64,000 nt of DNA from Bacteroidales bacterium (GTDB lineage Bacteria; Bacteroidota; Bacteroidia; Bacteroidales; DTU049), in the NCBI GenBank assembly GCA_016937255.1, contig JAFGWG010000050.1:3379-67378 (forward strand), in the 5' to 3' direction. The notes beneath the pieces are model-generated. The model made no database searches. It had not been told where the DNA came from and worked only from the letters and a program-made list of their open reading frames with translations. The stretch's first letter is position 1. Each line of letters starts with the position of its first letter. Positions 9,288 to 17,990 of the stretch are shown piece by piece. The position numbers and the translations under genes were made by a program.

Positions 9288-12284
9288 CTAATTTAGATCT
9301 AGCATTGAATCTATTTTGATATTTTCTCTGCTGATTATTCCCACACTTTTCTTCCCATCAACGGCAATGCTAACTGGGCGTAGAAGTTTCACATGGCGCA
9401 ACATGCCATTGTCGAATAGGGCTTCTTTATTGTTGAGATAATTATAATCGTAGAAACCTTGCCCTATATGAGGGTTAATGGTGAGATATGACACTCGGAA
9501 TGATGTGAGATTTTGGAAAAAGTGTGTTCCCTGACTGGGTTCAATATGAAAATTCTCCAATCCTGCCTCCACAATAACTTTTGCCCCACTAATTTGCGAC
9601 CATTTTACAGGGATTCCCAGCCATGGATCGCTTGAACCCCAACGCCCCGGACCAATAAGAATATAGGGACGTTCTTTTGCAATAAATTCGGCATTTAGTT
9701 TTTCAATTTGCTGAGCAATTTCAGTTGTTTTAGAAGCATCAAAAGTATCGGGATTCACATATACAATATCTCGAATGTTTTCTATAAGACCATTTCCCAA
9801 AGCCATTTTGCTAATAATGAGGCAACTTTCTTCCTTGATTTGATCTTCTATAATATGAATATTTTCTTTATTATCAACGATTGGACGAATTTGTAATAAG
9901 CTAAAAATGGAGTCTTTATCTCCTTTGTTAATATTTACAGCAAATTCAATCTCAACCGGTTTGCCCATTTCTTTGGCTCCAATTTCAAGAACATTTGCAA
10001 TAATTTCTGCCAAAGGGAAGCTCTTATGTTTGAGAATTCTGCTAAAAGTAACAACTTTCAATCCGCCTTCTTGTATGCCATCAACTACTCTGTCGTTATT
10101 ATAGTCGTATGTTGACGCAATATGTTTGAATGATGAAAAGTTTTGAGCATCCCTGATTTTTAATTTGTCAATGTTTTCACCATCATCAACATGGGGGGTA
10201 AATTTTATGTTTTTAAGGTTTAGTGCGTAAAAATACTTTTGTGTATCCTTCATCACCATGTTTGTAGAGCTGAGTTGAATAATTTTTTCGGGATATTTGG
10301 GTGAAAAACGAAGTGAAACACCGCCATCAACAATGTATTTTCCTAAACCATAAGCTATATTAACAATTCCATCTTCTGCTTTTTCAGGGGCAATAGGATA
10401 GAAATTTATAGATCGCGCCACTCCGCTAAGTGTTGGGAAATAAAGATCTGATTCAGATTTACCACAAATTTCTTGAAGAACAACCGCCATTTTTTCCTCG
10501 TCTATAACATTGGAAGTTGCAGTCATATATGCTTTGCTGTCTTTGTAGTAAACCGAAGCATATACTGATTTTATGGCTTTGGCTAGGGCTGTAATTCTTT
10601 CTTTTTCCGTGCCTGTATTTGGAATCATATAAGTAGAGTATATGCCGGCAAAAGGTTGATAGTGACTGTCTTCCAGTAAGCTGCTTGAGCGCACGGCAAT
10701 AGGCTTTGTAATTACACTGAGAATGGCTTTTAGGTCTTCAAAAACGGAGTCAGGAAGTTGTGCCGCAAGAAATGCATTCAGAATTTCTTCATCGCTTTTA
10801 CAGCCAAGGCCAGTTTGATACAAATCGTTTTGCCTCATAAAATCATCAAACAGGTCGGTTGATAAGACTACGGTTTTAGGAATTGTAATATTAACGCCCT
10901 GATATTTATTCATCAGGGTATGTCGCTTAATGATATTATCAATAAAGGCTAAACCACGTCCTTTTCCACCTAAATTTCCCTCTCCCAGACGACTAAAAAT
11001 GATATATTCATTGTATTTTTCTTTATTGAACTGGGCAATAACCCCGCGTCCTTTATCTGCTCGATATCTGGAAATGGCAGTGAAAAGAAATTCTCTGGCT
11101 TCATCGGGGTTCTCAAAATCTCTAGAATTGGCTTTTCTGAATAGATTTGCTAAAGAGAATAAAGCACGTGCTCGAAGCCATTTAGAAAAGTGGTTTCGTT
11201 GAATATGATATCGAAGGGAGTTATCTGGAATATCATAAATAATTTCTTGTAAAGCCTGTAGATTATGGGCAGAATTTATTTCTATTTTTTTTACTGGATC
11301 AATTACTTTGAAGTCTCCAAAAGCCAAATAATCCCTAATGAAATCTTTCATTTCAAGCAAAAGCGAAGACGAATATTTGTGCAAGAATTTTACTTTTATT
11401 TCTTTGGCAAAACGTTCGTTTGAAAGATCTGATGATTGTAAAAGGAAAGGCAGATAAGGATCGTTCGATTTTACAATTTGAGCCAGTTTTATTCCTGCAT
11501 ATTGATCTTTGGTGCCGCCCTTTTTAAATGTAACATCGGAAATAATACCCAGCATTTGGGTTTTATACATCTCATATAAACTAATGGCTTGTTCAAAATT
11601 AGTGGCCAGAAGTATTTTGGGTCTTCCACGCATCCTGAGCATCATTTGGTGTTCGTTAAGTCCTTCCGTCATGAACTCGCGCGATTGTTCAAATATAATG
11701 CTATACATATTTGGAAGGTAAGAAGAGTAGTATCGTATTGAGTCTTCAACAAGTAAAATACACTGAACACCTACTTGACGTACATCGTAATGTGTGTTCA
11801 TTTTGTCTTCGATCAGTTTTATAATTACCACCAAAATTCTTGGGTTACCAAGCCAGCTGAATACATAGTCGATCACATTAAGATCTTCGTTTTCCAGTTT
11901 GCTGGAAACCTCTTTGGAGAAGGGTGTGAGAACAACAATTGGAATGTGTAAGAAGCGTTTTTTTATTTCTCTCGATAGCATGAAAGAATCACTATCGGTT
12001 ATGCTAAGCATATTGATAACCAGATCCATATTGCCTTTGTCGAGCAATTGAAAAGCCTCATCAGCGCTGTGAGCTTTGTGAAAAACAGGAGGGTAGCGAA
12101 GATTTAACGCCACATACTCCTGAAAGATTGTTTCATTAATTCTTCCGTCTTCTTCAAGGATAAAAGAATCGTAAGTGCTACAAATCAGTAATACATTCTG
12201 AATGCGTCTTTGCATCAAATTGTCGAATGACGTATCACGGAAAAAATAATGTTCGAGGTCGAATTTTTTATTGATCTTGCTCAT
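9288..12284 (-). CDS. Receiver-domain / PEP-synthase(PPDK)-type ATP-grasp fusion protein, paralog B
   Basis: Pseudo-receiver, then receiver (ILLVEDS...IISDV...QSS...HK), DUF5752-like YHIQRNHFSKWL, ATP-grasp motifs (LGGKGRG, AVRSS, QPFAG, MAVVLQE, VEIEFA, LLQIRP) and C-terminal GPGRWG...SQGTHFFQN. No PEP-binding barrel. Start is the ATG at 12284 (TTG at 12293 also possible). Confidence 0.85.
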   Translation of the reverse strand: MSKINKKFDLEHYFFRDTSFDNLMQRRIQNVLLICSTYDSFILEEDGRINETIFQEYVALNLRYPPVFHKAHSADEAFQLLDKGNMDLVINMLSITDSDSFMLSREIKKRFLHIPIVVLTPFSKEVSSKLENEDLNVIDYVFSWLGNPRILVVIIKLIEDKMNTHYDVRQVGVQCILLVEDSIRYYSSYLPNMYSIIFEQSREFMTEGLNEHQMMLRMRGRPKILLATNFEQAISLYEMYKTQMLGIISDVTFKKGGTKDQYAGIKLAQIVKSNDPYLPFLLQSSDLSNERFAKEIKVKFLHKYSSSLLLEMKDFIRDYLAFGDFKVIDPVKKIEINSAHNLQALQEIIYDIPDNSLRYHIQRNHFSKWLRARALFSLANLFRKANSRDFENPDEAREFLFTAISRYRADKGRGVIAQFNKEKYNEYIIFSRLGEGNLGGKGRGLAFIDNIIKRHTLMNKYQGVNITIPKTVVLSTDLFDDFMRQNDLYQTGLGCKSDEEILNAFLAAQLPDSVFEDLKAILSVITKPIAVRSSSLLEDSHYQPFAGIYSTYMIPNTGTEKERITALAKAIKSVYASVYYKDSKAYMTATSNVIDEEKMAVVLQEICGKSESDLYFPTLSGVARSINFYPIAPEKAEDGIVNIAYGLGKYIVDGGVSLRFSPKYPEKIIQLSSTNMVMKDTQKYFYALNLKNIKFTPHVDDGENIDKLKIRDAQNFSSFKHIASTYDYNNDRVVDGIQEGGLKVVTFSRILKHKSFPLAEIIANVLEIGAKEMGKPVEIEFAVNINKGDKDSIFSLLQIRPIVDNKENIHIIEDQIKEESCLIISKMALGNGLIENIRDIVYVNPDTFDASKTTEIAQQIEKLNAEFIAKERPYILIGPGRWGSSDPWLGIPVKWSQISGAKVIVEAGLENFHIEPSQGTHFFQNLTSFRVSYLTINPHIGQGFYDYNYLNNKEALFDNGMLRHVKLLRPVSIAVDGKKSVGIISRENIKIDSMLDLN

Positions 12285-15200
12285 TGTTTTCAAGAATTAT
12301 TGCAATACGTTTTTTCCCATCCATTCTAATGTCTATTGAATTCTCAAAGCGCACATGCTGAGTATATTTCATGTCGTGAACAATCTTTTTGCTTTTTATT
12401 CTATCCCATTTAATATAGCTCTTGCTGCTATTATTTATGGTGAAATAGCCAATGCTAAGCGAGGTTACATTGTGAAAAAAGTGGCTTCCCATCGATGCCT
12501 CCAAAGGAAAGTCTTCAAGATCAGTTTCTACTATCACTTTTGCATGGCTTATTTGGTGCCAAACAACGGGTATTCCAATAAAACGGTCGCGTGTGCCCCA
12601 GCGTCCGGGACCTATAAGTAGATACTTGCGATTTTTTTCTCCTAATCGTTTATTATGGGCCTCAATTTCAGCCGCAATTTCTAAGGTTTTGGTTTTGTCG
12701 AAAACTTCATTTTTCACAAATATGACATCGTGAACACCTTCAATTCGACCATTTCCCATGCTTTTTTCTGCGTAAAGTAAAATATCGTCTTCAACAATTT
12801 CATTGGTATTGATTTCATAATCTTGCACGTCGCCAATGAGAGGTTTAATTTGCAAGAGATAAAAAGAAGCTTGCCCATCATCGTCTTTGTTTAAATCAAT
12901 GGCAAATTCTATCTCCACTGGGCTTCCCATAGATTCTTTAACCATTTGCAGAATTGAAGTGATGGTTGTAGAAAGGGGAATATAATCGTATTTAAGGATA
13001 TTGGCGAAATTTACGATTCTTGGACCATTTTTGTCTAATCCGGCCGAAATGCTGTTACTATCGGGGTCAAATACAGATGCGCAATGCTTTAATGTTCCAT
13101 GTTTTTCCGCTTCCCAAATATCAATTTGTTTTAGTCCGGCCATATCGCCTTCTAAAAGATTAATGTCGTGTTTGCTGAGATCAACGGCAAGAAATTCAAC
13201 CTGCGAATTTTTTACAACGTCTTTCATGCTATTGATTTCTACTTTGGGATATACGGGAGAAAATCGGTAGGCACGATCACCTTCTACAACATATTTGCCC
13301 AAACCCACAGCCATAACAGCAACTCCTTCTTCAGGTTTCATATTGGCCACAGGGTAGTAATTGTAAGACTGAGCGGTGCCGCTTATATGAGGATAGTAGA
13401 AATTTTCATACTGATTGCCAACGACTTCCTGTATTACAATTGCCATTTTTTCTTCTTCTATTTTATAGGCAACAGATTCAATATAGCCTTTAGCCATGTC
13501 GCTAAATACTGAGGCATAAACCATTTTAATGGCATCGGCAAGTTGTTGAAGTCTGGTATCGTAATTTGGATGAGAATTAGGCAAAAGATATGTTTCAAAA
13601 ATACCGGCAAAAGGCTGACGCATAGAATCTTCAAAAAGTCCAGATGATCTAACAGCAATAGGCTTATTGATCATTTTGAGGATTTTTTTGAGCTTTTTCA
13701 TAAGCCCTTCACTTAATTTTGATTCTAAAAATTGCTTGGCACAAATCTCAAAAGGTTCATTTAGGGCTATTTCCCATAAATTGTTTCTTCTCATGAAACT
13801 TTCAAATTCTTCAATTCCAATAATAGCCGTTCGTGGGGCTTTTATTTTGATGTCTTTAAAAATAGTGTTGAAATCAAAACTGTAGATTAAACTGTTGATA
13901 AATGAAATTCCACGTCCTTTGCCTCCAATTGAGCCTGGAGACAGACTTATAATATTCCCTTCTTCGAAATAATCAACATCTTCAAAATGTACAATGCGCC
14001 CACGATTTTTCTCGTTTCGATGTTGTTGGATAATGCGAAGAAGAAATTCGCGAATTTCTTTAGCAGTTTCAAAATCAGAGACTTTTTTAATTCCAAGAAT
14101 TTTTGCCACTTGTATTTCGCCACGAGCCATTAGCCACAGTGAAAAATGGTTTCTTCGAGCGTGATAAATTAGTGATTCATCTGGAATGTTTCGAAGGTGT
14201 GTTTCAAATTCTTTTAGCGTACGTGCAATGGCTATTTCTCTGCCATCTGGATTACGATATACAAAATTGCCAAAGCCCAAATAGTGGCTAATGAAACTGC
14301 GAATATCTGCGCTAAGTGTTTCACTGTTTTTGTCGATGAATGTAGATTTTAGCTCATATGCTTTACTTGCATTTTCAATATCCGACGACTGAATAATAAT
14401 TGGCAGATCTTTGAGTTGATTTCGTACTGTTTTTACCAATTGAAAACCTGCTGTTTTACATGTTTTCCCTTTCTTGCTGAATTTTACATCACTGATCATG
14501 CACAGCATGTATTCGCTGTACTTGTTTACCAAATCCATGGCTTCTTCGTAATTGCTGGCAAGTAAAATTTTTGGTCGACCACGAAGTTTCAGAACTTTAT
14601 AGAGCTCATCAGTTGTTACATCATCGATGATGCGCTTGGTTTGCTCCATTACAATTGAGTATAAAAGAGGCAAATATCGACTGTAATAGCGAGGACTATC
14701 TTCAACTACTAAAATTACTCTAACTAGAGCCAAGTTTGTATCATTATCAACATTTACTTGATCTTCAAGGTGTTTAACCATGGCAAAAAATACCGATGGC
14801 TCTCCGTTCCAATAGAAAATTTTATCAAAAAGGCATTTTGTATTTTCGTGTTCTTCCAGTTCCAGATTAAAAGAATTATTATTTACAAGAAAATATACGG
14901 GAATATATGGATACTCATGCTTTATCTTTTTGCAGATTTCAAAAGGAGTTTTCATATCGGCTCCCACCATATAAATGACAAGATCGAAGTGCTTCCTTTG
15001 CAATTGAGAAAGAGCCTCTGCTTCCGTGCTTACCCCTGTAATTCGTGGGAAACTGGATAGATTGAGCTGCTGATATTCACCTAAAACATGTTCTGCAAAT
15101 CGTCCTTCCTTTTCAATGGAATAGGCATCGTAAAGTGTAGCAATTAATAGAATTTCCTTTACTTTAAATGGCATTAAATCGTGGAAAATATCCCTGTCGT

Positions 15201-15726
15201 AGTTTTGACGATAAAGATATTTTTCGAATAGCTGCATTCCATTGTTTCCGCTTTTTGCTTTTTCGTTTGAGATGTCGAATTTATGGGCGTATTGCTTTTT
15301 GAAAACCTGTTGCGCTTTGTAGCTGTTAATATACCCTGTGAGCAGACTCACAACATTGTCGACCATGTTTATCTCTTCGAGTAAATACGGCCCTTGGTAC
15401 TCTTCAGGATATGATTTTGTATAATGAATGCTTATCTTCCCATTAAGATTATCGATACTCTTAAATTGCTTTTCTAATTGATTTTTGCTGTTTTTATCGT
15501 AGTTGGGGGTATGAGCAATATAATTGTCAAATTTTATCTGAGCTTCTGTGTGTTCAGGAAACTGCATTGCATTAGGTAAAATGAGAGCAATATGCTGAAT
15601 GGTATCATTAATGGGTTTGTTTTCTTTGATGATGCTCGTTGTCTTGTTAATGGCAGCCAGCTCTTTAAGCCTTTCACGATTTTCAAACATCAATTCTTCG
15701 AAATCCTTTGGATTATTCTTAGCCAT
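12268..15726 (-). CDS. Receiver-domain / PEP-synthase(PPDK)-type ATP-grasp fusion protein, paralog A, with an extra N-terminal GAF-like sensor
   Basis: Same motif series as paralog B (ILVVEDS...MISDV, YHARRNHFSLWL, IGGKGRG, AVRSS, QPFAG, VEIEFA, GPGRWG, SMGSHFFHN) plus N-terminal RERLKEL...LPNAMQFPE...GPYLLEE. Confidence 0.85.
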   Translation of the reverse strand: MAKNNPKDFEELMFENRERLKELAAINKTTSIIKENKPINDTIQHIALILPNAMQFPEHTEAQIKFDNYIAHTPNYDKNSKNQLEKQFKSIDNLNGKISIHYTKSYPEEYQGPYLLEEINMVDNVVSLLTGYINSYKAQQVFKKQYAHKFDISNEKAKSGNNGMQLFEKYLYRQNYDRDIFHDLMPFKVKEILLIATLYDAYSIEKEGRFAEHVLGEYQQLNLSSFPRITGVSTEAEALSQLQRKHFDLVIYMVGADMKTPFEICKKIKHEYPYIPVYFLVNNNSFNLELEEHENTKCLFDKIFYWNGEPSVFFAMVKHLEDQVNVDNDTNLALVRVILVVEDSPRYYSRYLPLLYSIVMEQTKRIIDDVTTDELYKVLKLRGRPKILLASNYEEAMDLVNKYSEYMLCMISDVKFSKKGKTCKTAGFQLVKTVRNQLKDLPIIIQSSDIENASKAYELKSTFIDKNSETLSADIRSFISHYLGFGNFVYRNPDGREIAIARTLKEFETHLRNIPDESLIYHARRNHFSLWLMARGEIQVAKILGIKKVSDFETAKEIREFLLRIIQQHRNEKNRGRIVHFEDVDYFEEGNIISLSPGSIGGKGRGISFINSLIYSFDFNTIFKDIKIKAPRTAIIGIEEFESFMRRNNLWEIALNEPFEICAKQFLESKLSEGLMKKLKKILKMINKPIAVRSSGLFEDSMRQPFAGIFETYLLPNSHPNYDTRLQQLADAIKMVYASVFSDMAKGYIESVAYKIEEEKMAIVIQEVVGNQYENFYYPHISGTAQSYNYYPVANMKPEEGVAVMAVGLGKYVVEGDRAYRFSPVYPKVEINSMKDVVKNSQVEFLAVDLSKHDINLLEGDMAGLKQIDIWEAEKHGTLKHCASVFDPDSNSISAGLDKNGPRIVNFANILKYDYIPLSTTITSILQMVKESMGSPVEIEFAIDLNKDDDGQASFYLLQIKPLIGDVQDYEINTNEIVEDDILLYAEKSMGNGRIEGVHDVIFVKNEVFDKTKTLEIAAEIEAHNKRLGEKNRKYLLIGPGRWGTRDRFIGIPVVWHQISHAKVIVETDLEDFPLEASMGSHFFHNVTSLSIGYFTINNSSKSYIKWDRIKSKKIVHDMKYTQHVRFENSIDIRMDGKKRIAIILENNEQDQ

Positions 15727-15876
15727 ATTGAGTGAGTTGTAATGAGGGTTCTAATGTAGAAAAAATGCGTGAGAGTTTTGAAAAATATTTTGGTCTTTTT
15801 GGATGTCTGAATATACCTTTAATGGATAATAAGGAGATAGTCAATAGGAGTATAAACACCCAATTTGATAGAATAA

Positions 15877-17391
15877 TTAATCTTCAGGGTCTGTTTCCTT
15901 ATTGTTTTCCTGTAATTCTTCGTGATCTGCATCTTCCATAATGCCGCCAAGAATAGCTTGTGATTCTGCAATTGGTAGCTCTTCTACGCTCTTCAACTTT
16001 CGTTCAATAGCTCTTGTGCGAACTCCTGCACTATCGATAGTGTTGCTGGCTTCACGTAGTTTTTTGCTGGTTTTTTCAAGTACCTCGCCAAATTTCCCAA
16101 ATTCGCTTTTAACGGCGCTTAGCAAATTCCAAACTTCACTGCTTCTTTTTTCAATGGCCAGGGTTCTGAAACCCATTTGCAAACTACTGAGGAAAGCAAC
16201 TAAATTGCTGGGGCCAACCACTGTCACTTTATATGTTCGCTGTAAAGTTTCAAACAATCCGGTTCTGCGTAAAATTTCAGCATATAAGCCTTCTGTAGGT
16301 ACAAACATTATGGCAAAATCGGTGCTGATTGGGGGATTTATGTATTTTTCAAAAATGTCTTTTGCGTTTTTCTTGACAGAATTCTCAAATTGGCGTGCAG
16401 CAGTTTCAATCATGGCTACATTTGTGCTGTCGGCCAATTCGTAGGCCTCCAATAATCGTTGGTAATCTTCAATTGGGAATTTGGAGTCGATTGGCAGGAG
16501 TAAAGACTGTCCGTCGCTCGATTGACCAGGGAGTTTTACAGCATATTCAACACGTTCCTGACTATTGACTTTAATTTGTGCATTTCTTTCATACTGCTCG
16601 GGACTGAAAATTTGTTCCAAAATGGATCCAAGTTGCACTTCCCCTAAATTTCCACGAGTTTTTACATTGGTGAGCACTTTTTTCAAATCACCAACTCCAG
16701 AAGCCAAGCTTTGCATTTCTCCTAAACCTTTGTGCACTTCATCGAGGCGGGTGCTAATGAGTTTGAAAGATTCGTTGAATCTTTTTTCCACACTTTCCTG
16801 CAATTTCTCATCCACAGTTTTGCGCATTTCTTCCAGTTTTTTAGAATTGTCTTCCTGAAGGCTTTGTAGTTTTTTCTCTACTGTTTCGCGAATTTCTTTA
16901 AGTTTTTCCTCAGTCTGAGATTTTATTAATTCCTGCCTATTGGCCAAATCATCAAATTTCTGCTTTTGTAAATTGTTGAAATCTTGAACGTTTTGTGTGA
17001 ACTTTTCTTCAAAAGATTTTAAAGCTTTGCTCAATTCCTCACGATTCTGACGCGCAGCTTCGGTGCTGAGTTCGGTTTGCTTTGTGGTGCGTTCATCAAA
17101 GAGTTTTAGAAGTTCATTCAGATTTTTTTGGAAAGCAGCAAATTGATTTCCTTGATTTTCTCCCAATGTTTTGAATGAATTGCTGAGTTCCTCTCGGTTC
17201 TCACGCAGGGCTTTTTGCAATGCTTCACGATTTCGCTCAAATTCGTCGCGAATTAAGCGATCGAGAGATAGAACCTGCTCTTGCAATTTATTGGTATATA
17301 CCCCTGATTCTGTATTCTTTTTTGTAAGTAGAATGATGAGGATAATCAGGCTGAGTGCTATGGCTATGATTGGGAGGATGATTTCGATCAT
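15877..17391 (-). CDS. rmuC: DNA recombination protein RmuC
   Basis: N-terminal TM, long coiled coil, NVKTRGNLGE, LPIDSKFP, TDFAIMFVPTEGLYAE and LQMGFRTLAIEKRS motifs. Confidence 0.95.
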   Translation of the reverse strand: MIEIILPIIAIALSLIILIILLTKKNTESGVYTNKLQEQVLSLDRLIRDEFERNREALQKALRENREELSNSFKTLGENQGNQFAAFQKNLNELLKLFDERTTKQTELSTEAARQNREELSKALKSFEEKFTQNVQDFNNLQKQKFDDLANRQELIKSQTEEKLKEIRETVEKKLQSLQEDNSKKLEEMRKTVDEKLQESVEKRFNESFKLISTRLDEVHKGLGEMQSLASGVGDLKKVLTNVKTRGNLGEVQLGSILEQIFSPEQYERNAQIKVNSQERVEYAVKLPGQSSDGQSLLLPIDSKFPIEDYQRLLEAYELADSTNVAMIETAARQFENSVKKNAKDIFEKYINPPISTDFAIMFVPTEGLYAEILRRTGLFETLQRTYKVTVVGPSNLVAFLSSLQMGFRTLAIEKRSSEVWNLLSAVKSEFGKFGEVLEKTSKKLREASNTIDSAGVRTRAIERKLKSVEELPIAESQAILGGIMEDADHEELQENNKETDPED

Positions 17392-17408
17392 GGTTATTGT
17401 GTTTGTAG

Positions 17409-17416
17409 CAAAGTTA
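17409..17416 (-). promoter_or_regulatory. Sigma-A -7 element (TAACTTTG) for rmuC
   Basis: TAnnTTTG 17 nt upstream of the ATG. Confidence 0.6.
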
Positions 17417-17442
17417 TGAAAAAAAGATAGGATGATTAAAAA

Positions 17443-17462
17443 CTATGGAATGAATTCCATAG
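17443..17462. repeat. REP-like palindrome 1: CTATGGAATGAATTCCATAG
   Basis: Perfect 8-bp stem around a TGAA loop. Confidence 0.85.
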
Positions 17463-17474
17463 GTATAGATAGAG

Positions 17475-17906
17475 TCATGGGTCGAGTTGATTAGATTTGA
17501 GGAATTCTAAGTATTCGTTGGGGAATATTTGTTTTTTATGATGGTCTTTTTGGTTGCTGATGTATTTGTATACGATGTCACATGCCTGACTACTTACAGA
17601 AAAAGCACTGTATCCAATTTGCCATTCGAATTTATGAGGGAGGAAATTGTTTTGGTTTATAAATCGAGAGCTGCTTCCTTTTATTTGTTTAATGATTTCT
17701 GTAATGGATTTTTTCGGATTTTGTAAAAATAGACAGTGAATGTGTTCAGGCATGCCATTTATTATTCTAACAGGACAGCCTAATTCAATTAGTTTGTTCT
17801 TTAGAAAGTCGTAAAGAATGGGTTCAAGATTTCCATCAATTATCTTTCTTCTGTGTTTAGTTGACCAGATGGCATGAATCCATATTCTGTTATAGGAGTG
17901 GGGCAT
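17475..17906 (-). CDS. tnpA: IS200/IS605 family Y1 (HUH) transposase
   Basis: HAIWSTKHR, PEHIHCL (HUH), IKGSSS, WQIGYSAFSVS and YISNQ (catalytic Tyr). Confidence 0.92.
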   Translation of the reverse strand: MPHSYNRIWIHAIWSTKHRRKIIDGNLEPILYDFLKNKLIELGCPVRIINGMPEHIHCLFLQNPKKSITEIIKQIKGSSSRFINQNNFLPHKFEWQIGYSAFSVSSQACDIVYKYISNQKDHHKKQIFPNEYLEFLKSNQLDP

Positions 17907-17922
17907 GGGTTTGTTTTTTATT

Positions 17923-17942
17923 CCCCGGAATGAATTCCGGGG
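17923..17942. repeat. REP-like palindrome 2: CCCCGGAATGAATTCCGGGG
   Basis: Same core as palindrome 1 with a different but perfectly paired outer stem. Confidence 0.85.
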
Positions 17943-17957
17943 TCATGGGTTATTTAT

Positions 17958-17977
17958 CTCTGGAATGAATTCCAGAG
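17958..17977. repeat. REP-like palindrome 3: CTCTGGAATGAATTCCAGAG
   Basis: Same core with a third outer-stem variant. Confidence 0.85.
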
Positions 17978-17990
17978 GCATATTTATTCT

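Larger units (their letters stand above)
17443..17977 (-). mobile_element. IS200/IS605-like (REPtron-like) element: HUH transposase flanked by three related palindromes
   Basis: tnpA ORF plus GGAATGAATTCC-core hairpins on both sides; no tnpB. Exact ends are not determinable. Confidence 0.7.

Noticed and set aside
9288-15726. Annotation as ordinary ppsA/ppdK
   Set aside because: No C-terminal PEP/pyruvate barrel, and receiver domains are present, so gene symbols were withheld.
17000-17240. Internal duplication in RmuC (NREELS twice)
   Set aside because: Ordinary coiled-coil length variation.
17907-17990. tnpB or omega-RNA associated with tnpA
   Set aside because: Only 84 nt upstream and 83 nt downstream separate tnpA from xth and rmuC; there is no room and no RuvC ORF.
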